Under the pieces are notes generated by a model that saw only the letters and a program-made list of their open reading frames with translations, ran no database searches and had not been told where the DNA came from. Source: Felis catus (taxonomy: Eukaryota). Taken from it: a stretch of DNA of 64,000 nt. A program made the position numbers and the translations under genes. The stretch's first letter is position 1. Every line of letters starts with the position of its first letter. Below are positions 50,600-63,342 of the stretch, one piece after another. The stretch covers positions 110,176,001 through 110,240,000 of the forward strand of contig NC_058373.1 of assembly GCF_018350175.1 (NCBI RefSeq). Reading direction: 5' to 3'.

Positions 50600-51300
50600 T
50601 AAATGGGAGTGCTGGATCGGAGTATATATCCATTTAAAATATAACCCATATTCTTAAACTGCCCTCTAGAAAGACTGTATCAATTTTATTCCTGCCAGGA
50701 GTATATGGAAATGCTTCTTTCTTGACCTCAAGCTGATATTGGATATTTTCAACTTTAGCCAAACTTCTCCAGTGGTCTAAATTACATATATATTCTAAGA
50801 ATGTTGACTATCTAAGTGTTTATTGCCTTTTGTATTCTTCTTTTATGAACTGCTTGTTCATGCCCTTTGACTTTTTTCTCTACAAAAGGGTTGATGTTTT
50901 CCTTGCTGACTTATAAGAGTAACTAATATATTAAGGATATTAACACATTGTAAGCTGTTATCCAGTTTGTTGTTTTATTTTTAACTTCGGTTATGATGCT
51001 TTTTGTGGTAATACTATTATTTTATTTCTTAGGCTGCTAATACCAGGAGTGTTTCCTTTCATTTTCATGCTTTCAAAGTCCTTCCCCACTCCTAGATTAG
51101 AAAAGATTCACTCTTTTTTTTTTTTTTTTTCAAGAATTCTTAGAGTATAACTTTTACATTTAAATTTAGGTACAATTAGAATCCATTATTAGAAGTAAGA
51201 CAAGGATTCAGTTATTTTTTTTTTGTGAAATACCTGAGTAGTTCCCAAATTTAGTAAATTGATCTTTTCCCCTATTATTTGAAATGCCTTTACCATATAA
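50600..51300 (-). mobile_element. Probable very old L1 (L1ME-like) fragment
   Basis: 'aaactgccctctagaaagactgtatcaatttta' and 'ttttatgaactgcttgttcatgccctttg'. Confidence 0.55.
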
Positions 51301-51626
51301 TTTCATTTAATTTTAGTTCTCATGTTAATCCACTTAAATACAGAATTCTGTAGATTTCCTTATATGCTCCTCATTTGCCAGAGAGCTTTGGAAAATTTAA
51401 ATCTTTCAAATAAAGACAAACTTGAGGAAGTTGGGTTTTTGGGGTTTTTTTTGTTTTGGTTTTTTTGGTTTTTTTCCTAACGAATAAACGTTTCTCTACA
51501 TGTGCTTGACTTTTCTGGACACTTCTGCAACCATGCGAGAATGTAAAATGAGCTAGCGCAGGAAAAGTAACTCACCTGGCAGCAAGGGCAGGAAATTTTC
51601 TGGACCTCTGGTTCTTTTCTTTACAG

Positions 51627-51743
51627 GAGGCTACTGAGAAAATAAGCACATGTGAGAATGCTATGGCACAAGTTCTTGTGCCAGACCCCGTAAACGCTGA
51701 GCAAGGCCCAGAATTTTCCCTGAGTCCCAACCAAACAGAAGAG
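51627..51743 (+). CDS. SYNE2: Nesprin-2 coding exon (EATEKISTCEN...PNQTEE)
   Basis: ttttctttacag|GAG to GAG|gtaagt; 117 nt, phase 0-0. Confidence 0.9.
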
Positions 51744-53676
51744 GTAAGTCCCTGTTGGTAACAAGCAAACTACTCAGGCACCTGGACGAGCACCCAGGGA
51801 AGACCAGCTTTCTGTGTTCTGCAATATTTGGTGCATCAAGCCAAGAGTTCTTTGTGAACTTTAACATTTTCACGTGTGCCGTGAAGCTGGCGAACTGGAA
51901 GGTTTGCCATCGATGTTGACATCGAAAGTAAGCACGGCACAGAGCGATGAATCATTTACTGCTTGCTACCTCTTTGTCAGGATGAACAAGCCTTTCCACT
52001 AACAACTATTTCTTTCTTCTGTCGACATAACTGGTGAGGGCCCCGGAGGTGGAGGGGAGCTAATATTGATTAACAGCCTATCCCATAAGAAGCATTTAGG
52101 CTTGCTGCTTATTCCTCAGATTAAATACGGTAGATTAGTAGCTACCATAAGTTTACAAATGAGGGAATCAGAATTTAAGGAGTGGAGGTACAGCTGGTGA
52201 ATGGAGGAGTGCGGAGTCAAACCTAGGCTATTCCCAACTGCCTTCCTAATTTGAACGTTTAGTACTGAAAGACGTGAAACCCGGGTAGGTTTGGCCTCAG
52301 AATACACCGCCACCACACCATCCCAGCGGCCTGGCTAGTGTTCGTGCAGGTGCACTTGGGTATTGCACTTGAGCCAGGCAATCCTGCCTTTCAGAACAAG
52401 TGTATGTGTGTGTTGTGGTGCTCGTGGGGGGGCGGGGTGGGAGGGGTGGAGACTTACGGGCGTTTGTAGAATTGACTGTAAAATATTAAGGGGTAAATTT
52501 AAAGGGTTGGTATTTTGGCATGACATACAGCCACTGCCAGAAAATTCACCTGCATTTTAACGGAATCCTGTTGCTGCGGAAACCAAGCAGTAGGACATTC
52601 ACGAACTGAGAGGCAAATTAGATACGAGAGCATTGGCAAGGTCACGAGAAGAATGTGGACTCGGAGACCCCAAGGCATAATGGAAATCAGGGATTGAATC
52701 CTGCTTCTGCTTACTTGTTGGGTGACCACAGGCAATCTGAGTCACCTCTCTGTGCCTCAGTTTCCTCCTCTGTACACTGGAAATAATGAGGGCTTGTGGT
52801 GGGCGATAATGAGAGGATCTGTGTATCACACTTAGCATGGGGGTCTGGCCCTAGAGCCCAAAAGAGAGTTAGGTAGTTTAATTTACAATTATGTGGTAGA
52901 AATGCCATGATTCTCTTTAACAAGAAATGGTGGTAATACTTTTTAGCCCCTCAAAATGTACAGTCATAAAATACCCACTGAAATCACTTCTGCTTTTAGA
53001 ATTTGGGGCTATCATTTAGAGAAGATATTCAGCAGGGGTGTGATTGTGGAAAAAACTGTAGACTCTAGGCTAAAAGATAGCAGAGCCTTGTGACCTCAGG
53101 CGAATAACTTATGTCTGGGCCTGAGCTTCTGAGAAGCAATGTGGTGAAAAGGGAGGTGTGTGAATTGCTTAAGCGATAAACGAACTTGGGTTTGACTATG
53201 AAAAGAGGTGGATGAACTGGTTACTGGCAGGTTTCCCAGGCCACCTTTAGCTATTGCGGTTTCTATGGTTGCAAATGTTCTTTTTTTCTCCCATTCACCT
53301 TTGGATTCTTTTCGGTTTTAAATAACTAGCAAATAAAACCCAGATTAGTGATCCAGCTTCCTTGTTTTCTGATTAATTCAGTGAGTGAAAAAGCAATGAA
53401 ATTCAATATTGCCATTAAAAAATGTGTGTGGTATACGATTAGGTGCTCCGATCATGTTTTTGAATAAATAAAGAAGGTGGATGGTAAATCTGTTATTACA
53501 GACTAATTAATTAATATTACTGATTGTTACCTCAGGTGACAAAAAAAAGAGGATCCTAAAAGCTTTGCCACTAAATTATAGCAATACCTGAAAACTAGAA
53601 AACAATCAGATGACTAGCAATTGGGTGTCTGGCCGCACAATCACACAGGTGTTGCTTTTAAAAGAAATTAATTAAA

Positions 53677-53784
53677 GGGCACCTGGGTGGCTCAGTGGGT
53701 TAAGCGTCAGGTCATGATCTCATGGTTCGTGAGTTCAAGCCCTGCGTGGGGCTGTGCACTGACAGCGTGGAGCCCACTTGGGAT

Positions 53785-53841
<57 letters not shown>

Positions 53842-53888
53842 GTCCCTCCCCTGCTTGCTCTCTCTCAAAATAAATATTTAAAAAAAAC
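53677..53888 (+). mobile_element. CAN-SINE with long (CT)n
   Basis: Head, CT tract and poly(A). Confidence 0.88.
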
Positions 53889-55357
53889 AGAATTCAAAAA
53901 GAAAATTGAAACCAGCTGAATCCAAGCGTAGACCCGACTCTGCCGAGAATCACAGGGCGAGGGAAGACCTCCTTAAGAAGGGGATTCTTGAAAAAAAAAA
54001 AAAAATACTGATGAAGGCAAGGGAGAAAGTGCGTTTTGGCAGAAAAGAGCAAACATACGTGAAGTTAATGGTCAAGGGGAACAAGTACAACTTCTGCTAA
54101 GCCAGCTTTCCTGATACTCCCCATGTGTGTGAAAAAGGGGTATTTTCACACCCTGCATGTTTTTGTTACCACCTGCCTATTTTGTTTACTTCTGTTGTAC
54201 TGAAAGCTCTCTGTTTAGATAAAATTCTACAGACACTGGGAAATGTGCATTTGAGTTGAAGGAGGGTATTCACTTGTGAACAATCCCCATTAGAAATTTG
54301 TGGCCAGAATTGTGCCTTATTAGATGCTAATGTTAGCAGAGTCTTATATAGAAAACTTCGTATTTCAGCATAATCGTAATAAAATATTTATTGAGATCAG
54401 TAATTTTTAGCACAAAACACCGATCCTTATCCCTAGAGGCATTTCTCTAGAACAGTCGATAGAATCTTCCAATATTCTGGAAAAGGATGTTGGAAGCAAA
54501 TATGTCTCTGTATCAGATCATCTTTTACTTCCAAATTGAAAATATCTAATATATTATTAATAGAATGCCTGGACTTGGTATCTGGAAGACACTTTTCTTT
54601 TGGACTGATAAGCAACCCAGGTATTCTCAGTGTAAACAGAACATGACCTACATCATGCTGTCTTTTACTAGAAGCATCTAGTCCTTAATAATATTTGAGT
54701 ATCTAGATGGTGAAAATTTGTTTCAGGTATTCTCTCTGAAGGATAGGAGGAAGATGTCCAGATTACCCCACCAAGCTCTTTATTTAACTCAAGCTACTTT
54801 TGATAGGGAGAAATTTAGATGAGTAGTAGCATGTATGTTGGGGGGGAGGGGAAGCGCTAAAATATTTCTAACCTACTCTAACGTAACCTTGTATCCCAGC
54901 CCATGTGTCAAGAGCCCTTTTTTTTCTGTTAGATCAGAGCTCACAGCAATGTAAGCATTGCTTAATCATGTGTCACACAAATTCAAACGCTGGCCAATTC
55001 GCTGAAAAGTTTCAGACGCGCACACCCACATGCACACCCTCTCCCCTCACACTCACCTGTCTCCTGGGGCCCACTTGCTGTTTAATGAACTGCGAGCCCA
55101 TTTGCGTCCTCCGTGCCTGGGAACACTACCTGTGTACATGCAGATCAGCTCCTTGGAAACCTGGGGCACTGGGTCACGTGATTGTTGCCATGAGCGTGGA
55201 GGTGCATTTCTCTTTTCTCTTTCTTATTTCTTCTGCCCTTATTTGTTTTCTTTTAACTGGGGAAATGCTGGAAGTTCACAGGTTCTTGCGAGTTCAGCCC
55301 TGAAAACTTTGGACTCCGTGGCTTTTCACTGCTGGATTATCCTTGGGTTTATCTTAG

Positions 55358-55588
55358 GGCGCCACACGACCTCTCAAGGCCGCAGCTCTGGGCTTTTCTG
55401 ACGAGCACGGGGACTTTGAGGCCACGGTGGAGAAACCCGGGCTGAAGCCTGCAGACATCCTCCATGCTTGCAAGACCCAGGTGGCCGAGCTGGAGCTGTG
55501 GCTGCACCAAGCCAACGTGGCATTCGAGCCGGAAACATTAAACGCGGACATGCAGCAGTTGGTGGAACAGCAGCTGGTAGGGTGCCAG
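55358..55588 (+). CDS. SYNE2: Nesprin-2 coding exon (GATRPLK...HACKTQVAELELWL...LVGCQ)
   Basis: tcttag|GGC to CAG|gtaagg; 231 nt, phase 0-0. Confidence 0.92.
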
Positions 55589-56688
55589 GTAAGGCCGATG
55601 GGCCGGAGTTGGTGGCCTGCCTCTTCACCAATCACCTGCCAAGAATGGGTGAATTTCCTTTAAAGCAGCAGTGTGTCTCTTCCTGTTACTCTGCCCCCTG
55701 TGTTTGTCTTGGCCTCAACTTTTTGTCCTCTGGGTAATTCTTTGAGGAGATTTACGTACTCAGGGCATTTGGAGAGACGGTCGTGGTAAGAGCTCTAGAA
55801 TCTAGAGTCCAAGTCCAGCCCCCCCTCACGTTAACTGAACTTGAGGATGTTGGCTTTTCACCTCGTTTTTCTCATGGGTTAGGTTATCTCCTAGGACTTT
55901 GACAGGGTTAAAGGAGATAAGGTACAAGAACCAGTGTCTAGTGTATCAAGTATATAAAAAGTGCTCAATAAATGCTGTTATTTATTTTCATAATAAGTTC
56001 TTTGAATTTTCGTTCATCTGAAATGAAACCGAATATCGTTATTTGCAAGATTGCACGTACAGTGTAAAAGGGCTTTGCTGCCATTTTACTGTGAATGCTC
56101 CTACTCTTTCTTGGGGCTGGGGCGTGGGGAAGAGACAGCCTTTAGTCACTTTGAGTAGTGCTGCTGACTCAGCCCGAAGGTTGGGATCCCTGTATCCCTC
56201 CAGAGAGAAGCCAGAAGGATGACATCACGGCAGCATAATGGAGTGTCACGATGGCTGAGGTGTCTTCTCCGAGGGTGCAGAGACCAGCTTTGGCCTGATG
56301 TCTGATTGGCTCACGTGTCTGCCATAGCAGACGCCAGGAATGAGGACTTCCTCCGAGAGTACCCCATCACACTGGCCCGGCCACAGGGAGCTCCTCCCAC
56401 TGGAGCCCGTTTTGGGGTCGGAGGGAGCCCAACCTTGTTCGTCCTTTCTCCGCTCAGGCCCATAGTCTTACAATATCCAGCGCCTGCCTCATGTGGGGGA
56501 CCCAGGTGGGCAGGCTGACCTCCTTCCCCAGCCAGCTAGCTCCCCACCTCAGACCCCAAAAGTCAGCTCTTGATGGGGTGGGTTCACTTAAATGCTAGCA
56601 CCACTGCTTGGCCTGGATGACGAGGCACGGGGGAGTCTGGAAAAGGTGCTACCGCACCGGGCAGCGTTGTGCTGAATTGAACCTGAGG

Positions 56689-57233
56689 TGTTGGAGACGT
56701 TGAGTCCCAGCCACTTGCAGCCATCTGGGACCGATATGCCAATTGGGTAGACCCTATGCGGATTCCTAGGTCACCCGAGAGAATCCCTTCCCGAGGCCAC
56801 TTGTAGAGAGCTCAAGTATGTGGGGGCTGCTTAAGGGAAGGACACAACCACAAGGTGGCAGCAGCACACAGCAAGCTTTATTTGGGCAGGATCTTAAGGG
56901 ATGGGAAAGTCCCTCTCTTCAGGCGCCCTTTTAGTGGCTTGGAATGGCGGTGGGACCCCAACCTGGAAGGGGAGGAGGGCAAAGGGACACTCAGGGGAGC
57001 CAGGAATCCAGAGGGGCTCGTGTATCTAGGTGACGTCAGAGAGTTCCAGGGGGCAAGAGAGGCTACGGTCTTCTAGAGCCCCAGAGTTTGTCTTAACCAT
57101 GGCAGGCAGATGGAGGGTCCCGCCTTGAGTTTGGTGCCAGTAGGATTGGAGCTAATGGTTCTGGCCTGCTGTGAAAAAATAAGCAACATAGGGACCAATA
57201 CGCAGGGGCCATCTTTGGCTCATTTATATAACA
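56689..57233 (-). mobile_element. Probable solo ERV LTR
   Basis: 545-bp GC-richer unit bounded by TGTT...AACA inverted termini; minus-strand AATAAA near 56877; TSD not clean. Confidence 0.55.
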
Positions 57234-57566
57234 CCATGGCACGCGCAACTTAATACTGAAACCTATAAGAAGCCTTATAGTAGTCTGTAAAAAACATTAA
57301 GTTCCCCGTGGGAGAAGGTCCAAGGAGAGGAACAAACAGATAAGTCGAGAACAAATTATATTTGGTAATTTAATATTTGAGAAGAAATGTTCAGCCTTGA
57401 TTATTAAAAACATGTGAATCAAAACAGCTACTGTTTTGTTTCTCTGTTATACCGGCAAAAATTATGTCATCCTGGAAAACTCTGGATCTGCTAATGTCTG
57501 ATAATTCTGTCTGATTGGCTCAATGTTTTGGGGTCAGCTGTCAGCATATAAAGTGTCCCACCTGGT

Positions 57567-57634
57567 TTGACCGCGGTTTGTGAGATCGAGCCCCATGTTG
57601 GTCTCTGTGCTGACAGCCTGGAGCCTGCGTGGGA

Positions 57635-57693
<59 letters not shown>

Positions 57694-58021
57694 CCCCCCG
57701 TCCCCCTCCCCCTCCCCCTCCCTCCCTCTCTCTCTCTCTCTCTGCCCTTCCCCAGCTCATGCTAGCGTGTGCACGTGCTCGCTCGCTCCGTCTCTCAAAC
57801 ATTTTTAAAAAGCTAAATGGTGGGGCACCTGGGTGGCTCAGTTGGTTAAGCGTCCGACTCTTGATTTCAGCTCAGGTCATGATCTCGTGGTTTGTGAATT
57901 CAAGCCCCGCATCGGGCTCTGCACCGACAGTTGGGAGCCTGCTGAGGATTCTGTCTCTCTCCCTCTCTCTCTGCTCCACTCATTCTCTCGCTCTCGCTTT
58001 AAGAAAAAAAAAAAAAAAAAA
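57567..58021 (+). mobile_element. 5'-truncated CAN-SINE with an expanded CT/C tract followed by a full CAN-SINE
   Basis: Two bodies; aaaagct(a/g)aatgg flanks the second. Confidence 0.86.
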
Positions 58022-59293
58022 GCTGAATGGAGGAAAAGAGCACAAAATTATAGTACATTCTCTTTGTAGCCAGTCTAAAATCTGTGATTACATATTATTT
58101 ATGCTTACAAGAGTCTGTACAGGATACAAGTAGTTTGCTTGGATAGAGGAGTTATCAGAATAGATTGCTTGAAAATCTGTTTTAAGGACAGTTTTTCCTA
58201 AGTTTCTCTCAAGGGGCTGAACAACTTCTCAGGCACACGCCAAGTTTTAGCCCCAGTGATCCCGGGGCTAGAATGTGAGTTTGCATGTTGCTGCCATATG
58301 GTATGCCAGTCAGTTGACGTGACCGCGTGGGCTCCAGAGCCACAGGAGACAGCAAACTTGATCTGTTGGGAGGAATACAGTGACATTGACTTACAGGGAA
58401 ACTTACTTCATCTGGCTGATTTATTTTTAGATCTGTGTGTAAATTGGCCAGCGGTATCAATGACTAAGTGTTTTAGGTTCCAAATTATTTCTTCTGTGAT
58501 CTTCTTCGGATGTTTTGGAAGTTTATTTGACTTGAAAAAGAGGAGGCAAAGATCAAGGGAAAGAACTTTCAAAGGCTTCTGTGCAAATTTTGTCTTTTTA
58601 TTATTATTACTACTCGACACTCGGATTGCAACAGGAAAAGGTTAGGATAGTGGGGAGAAGATGACACTAGTCGAGCACTGGCCAGAGCGAATGGATTTTA
58701 ACTCTTAACTCCTCCAAGGGACCCTTAGGAGGTAAGTTCTGTTATTACCCCCATTTTACAGACGACTGAAGGCACACTCGTACAAAGGAAGGTGCCCACG
58801 TTTACCCGGCTGCTAAGTGGCAGGGCTGGGATCTGACCTCACAGAGTCTAGTTCCAGTGTCTGTGTTTTTTTTGTTTTTACGTTTATTTGTTTACTTAAG
58901 TAATCTACACCCACCACGGGGCTCGAACTCAGTACCCTTAAGATCAAGAGTCGCGAGCTCTTCCAACTGAGCCAGCCAGGCGCCGCAGGGTCTGTGTTCT
59001 TAACCACTATGCTGTGCTGGATACATTCAGCTGTATTTTCTAAAGTGATTATGGAGTCACTTAGATTATTGTGGGGAGTGACATCTGCAAGTTGGGTTGG
59101 CTCAGTGGCACCCCTGTCCAAAAGCTCAGGAGTTATGTGGAAATCGTCCTTGGTGTTTTCCCAAGCCCCTTCCAGTCTGTGTTTCTGAGACTTGTTGTGT
59201 ACGGTAGGTAGACAGAGTGAATCTGACTCATGGTAGAGTATAATACTTGTTCAAGACCAAAACCTTGAATGATGAAACGATTTTGTTTCCAAG

Positions 59294-59476
59294 GCCATGC
59301 TAACAGAAATCGAGCACAAGGTTGCGTCTCTGCTGGAGAGCTGCAAAGATCGGGGGCCGGGAGACAGTGGGGCCACTCATCAGGAGGCTGAAGCTCTTTC
59401 CTTGAAGCTGAAGACTGTGAAGTGCAATTTGGAAAAAGTCCAGATCATGCTTCAGGAGAAATACAATGAAGACCAG
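59294..59476 (+). CDS. SYNE2: Nesprin-2 coding exon (AMLTEIEHKV...YNEDQ)
   Basis: ttccaag|GCC to CAG|gtaaga; 183 nt, phase 0-0. Confidence 0.94.
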
Positions 59477-60322
59477 GTAAGACACGGCCACGTATAGACG
59501 TGAGTGGGTAGATGATCTGATAGAACCACCAGGAAGGAATTCTGGCAGAGGTGATAAGACAGCCACAGAAGAAATTCTACTACGTAAGAGAGAATGAAGC
59601 ATCTTCAAACTGTAAGGGAAGGTTGTACTGACTTGTGTTACTGATTCCATTGTGCCCTGCAGCTTTCCTACCTAGGCTCTTGTTAGGGACGGCGTTGGTC
59701 TGCATTGGGTTGGTTTGACTGGCTTGATGGTTCTCACTGGTAATGAGGTGTGGTGTAGGCCCTCTTCGTAAAAGAAAGATAAGGTTTAAAGGTAATGTGT
59801 CACCCCACTTGACTGGAAAATGAAGGGCCAATAGTGAAGATTAAAATTTCTTTTTGAGAAGCTTAAAGTTAGACATCAGAAATAGAAAAACTGTTTCCAG
59901 GATACGTTCTGTTATTTGCAAATACATATACTGATGGAAGTGGCATGCAGTTGAACTGTTCTCGTGACTTTTAAAAGCATTCTGTATAAATGCAAATGCA
60001 TGTCTTATGAGTAGAGCCTTACTATATAAGATTTGCATCTATACTTAGGAGATGGTGGTTCCTACTCAAAGGACTTACATTCACAGAAATAAGATTGGCT
60101 GCAGATACACAAACTCTGTGGTTCCCCTTTCATCCTCATATGTCCTCTCTTTTGAAAAAATGTTTTGGACCTATGGGAAATTTGCATTTATAAGCATTAG
60201 TACTATTTCTCTTTTCAGGGTGTGTGTGTTTTACTTTGTTCTTAAAACAGAGAAGCAATACATTTCCTAGTTTTTAGTAATTCATTGGATGAATTACACT
60301 GAGAAAATTAAATGACCACTTC

Positions 60323-60533
60323 AGGGGCGCCTGGGTGGCTCAGTCGGTCAAGCATCCGACTTTGGCTCGGGTCGTGATCTCACACCCTGTGAGTTCAAGC
60401 CCCACGTCGGGCTCTGTGCTGACAGCTCAGAGCCTGGAGCCTGCTTCGGATTCTGTGTCTCCCTCTCTCTCCGCCCCTCCCCTGCTCGCACTCTGTCTCC
60501 CTCTCAAAAATAAACATTTAAAAAAATAAATAA
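60323..60533 (+). mobile_element. CAN-SINE
   Basis: TSD aaatgaccacttca. Confidence 0.92.
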
Positions 60534-60729
60534 AATGACCACTTCATCAAACGTAGTGGTTTTTTGAAGTTGTTTTGAAACAACTACCTCAAATCATAGT
60601 ATATACTTGTAATAAATAATGAAACCTAGTCACTTCATATAAAACTTTCCCATTATGCGGTCTCATTAGTAGAACTAAAAAAAAGGGAGTCATTTTTTAA
60701 ATAGTGTGCCATCATAAAATGTTTTGCAG

Positions 60730-60858
60730 CATTCTGCCACACTAAAGAAACCTTCAGAGCATCAAAATGATCTTCAACCAGATAACCTTTCTGAACTTGA
60801 ACCTGTTGTAAGTGAAAGGCCACAATTCAGCAGACAAAAAGATTTCCAGCAGCAACAG
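60730..60858 (+). CDS. SYNE2: Nesprin-2 coding exon (HSATLKKPSE...RQKDFQQQQ)
   Basis: ttttgcag|CAT to CAG|gtaatt; 129 nt, phase 0-0. Confidence 0.91.
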
Positions 60859-61371
60859 GTAATTGCAGCCCTTAACCAGATATAAGGATAAGAATAAAGG
60901 TTTCCGTACGGAATTTCCCTTTGAACTAAGTACCAAACTGCTCCTGGAGGGTGTGTGTGAGTGGTAAGCATTTACTGCAACACCCACCTTGCTTTCGCCT
61001 TCTGCAGGTGGGGACACTCTAACTTTGCTATTTTATTGATTTGCATCTTATTTCAAACTAAGTAAATACCTTCAGGGGGACTTACCTCTCTAACCATAAC
61101 ACCTCTTTCCCTATTGTTTCTAAACGTGTTTTGCATATTTTAGGGGACTTTCCATGTGTGTAGCATATATTGTAATATTTACTTGATCATTGTGTGAATA
61201 CTTGAAGTAGGTTTTTGAGAAATAAAAGTTAAGGGGAACAAGCAAGCAAGAAAGGGAAACAGTAGATAATAATTTAGGAAATGGTTCAAAATGAGATGCT
61301 CTCAACAGAAGAAACCGTTGGCTGTCATTGGAAAACTTTGACTGGACCATTTGAATCTCATTCAATGATAG

Positions 61372-61493
61372 GTCCCGGAGTTAAAACCAACGGAACAGAA
61401 AGATTTCATCAAATTCGTAGAATTTAATGCTAAGAAAATACGGCCCCAGTTTTGCCAACCTGATAAAGATACAACTCAGAAATCATCTGAGAG
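61372..61493 (+). CDS. SYNE2: Nesprin-2 coding exon (VPELKPTEQKDFIKFVEFNAKK...SSE)
   Basis: gatag|GTC to AG|gtaaga; phase 0 to 2. Confidence 0.91.
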
Positions 61494-61636
61494 GTAAGAC
61501 GTTTTTAGAGTTGGACATTCAGCTGTGGTTGGGAGAATTCAGAGCATTTCTTCTTAAATCACTTCTAAAACTCTTACCGAATGCAACCAAAATGATCTGT
61601 TGATTATTCTTTTCACCTTTTATTTCCCTTTAAAAG

Positions 61637-61778
61637 CATTAAGGCATCTAGCCCCGCAAAGGATGCTCCAGACTCGGTCTTGTCAACTCAGGGCCAAAGT
61701 GGGGATAAGTGGCAATATCTACGTCACGAACTGTCATCAAAGATCGGGCTACCGCTACCTCAGCTTGTGCAGCCTCAG
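61637..61778 (+). CDS. SYNE2: Nesprin-2 coding exon (IKASSPAKD...GDKWQYLRHELSSK...VQPQ)
   Basis: aaaag|C to CAG|gtcagt; phase 2 to 0; follows a 143-nt intron. Confidence 0.89.
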
Positions 61779-63210
61779 GTCAGTGGATGTGACGCACACG
61801 GTGTAAATCATAAATACGTTTGTCTTTGAAAATGCAACAAGCATTCATTAAGTACCCGTATACGTGTTCCGCGTTAGGCAGAAATAAAATCGTTGGTTTT
61901 CAGAAAGCGAAGATGTCAAGTGGGTTTTTCATCTGGCCGACCCTTTTTCACCCCCCTGGAAGTCTGCGTGAAGTGCCACTCCTTTGTGCTTTTGTGGCAC
62001 TCTGAGCTTCCCTAATCACAGCTCTTACGATACTGAGTACCTGTTTATTTGTCTGTATTCCCCCATTAAGTGGTATAGGAAGAAAAGACCATGTCTGCCT
62101 GGTTCACATTTGAGTGCCTGGCACAGTATCTGAAACATTGTGAAGTCTCAGTTTCAATATGTTGAATGAATAAAGGAATAATATGTTTTTTTTAAAAACA
62201 CTTTTTTAATGTTTTAATTGTTAACTGTTTTAATTGTTTAATGTTTTAATGACACAATGCTCTATTAGCGTCATTCATTCATCAAGATGATTTGGAATCT
62301 ACAGTGTGCCAGGTACCTGTGTCCCACAAACACGCTGTCTTACTGCCGTCACAGTTCTTAATCATGCTGGGCCAGCTGCTGCTGGATTTCTCTCTGAGCA
62401 GGGAGCCCGTGAGCAGATTAACACTGTTGGTCACAGCTATCAAGCTTCTGCCTTCAACTTTGCACCCAACCTGCCTGGGCAAAGGTTACCGCCTGTTGCC
62501 CAGTTCTCCAGTCTGGTGGGAACTTTCCTGTTCTATTCTGCCGAGAACCTTTTCTGGTCTATTGATGTTGAATTAAACTCATTGGCTTTAGTCTTGGTTT
62601 CTCCTCGTCATACACACTGTAACGCGTATATTGTTCTCTTTCCATCCGCAGAACATCATCAGTTCTTTTCCCCAGGCAGAATCTGACACCACCCCACTCT
62701 GTTTCTTTGTATTTATTAGTTTTCTAATTTGAAAAGGGAATTAACTCTGAATCTTTCTGTCTTCTAGAGTCACAGCTAATTTTTAATGCTTATTTAGCTT
62801 TCCAATAACAGATCAAGATGCAAGCCTGTACCTGGAGGGGACTATTCTAAGAGTTGGCTCTATACCAGGGGTCTACCAATAAATGGGAAGAGAAACCGCT
62901 AACCTCATAACGTGAATGGCATTGCTACCAAATTGAAACATTAGTGATTTTACTCTATTTTCAAGTTATGGTTTATCTTGCCTCATTTTGTTATCTCAAT
63001 AGACCCTCAAGTGTCTAAGTGAAGCTTTTCATGACCTTTCAAAGCTGTCCACAATATTTAAAATTTAATTTTTTCTTACAAGTGACAAGGTAGACAAAAA
63101 CATTTACCAAGAAAGTAACTTGGAAGATAGCAAGTGAAAAAGCATTTTTGCTGTTTAACGTTAACAGCAGCAGGATCTCAAATTGTAATGAGGTTTCTCT
63201 TTTCATATAG

Positions 63211-63342
63211 GTTGCCACAAATATGAGTATTCTACCCAGCGTGAGTGTGTATAACTTTAGATACCCAACAACTGAAGAACTGAAAACATATACCACACAG
63301 CTTGAAGACCTGCGTCAAGAGGCAAATAATCTTCAGACCCAG
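63211..63342 (+). CDS. SYNE2: Nesprin-2 coding exon (VATNMSILPS...YNFRYPTTEELKTYTTQLEDLRQE...QTQ)
   Basis: ttttcatatag|GTT to CAG|gtagca; 132 nt, phase 0-0; the gene continues beyond the window. Confidence 0.93.

Noticed and set aside
57567..58133. 188-aa ORF, the longest non-SYNE2 ORF
   Set aside because: Composed of two SINEs and a CT/C microsatellite; low complexity
62200..62252. Degenerate (TTTTAATG/TTG)n repeat
   Set aside because: Low-complexity AT-rich sequence at the end of an L2/MIR-like fragment; no evidence of function
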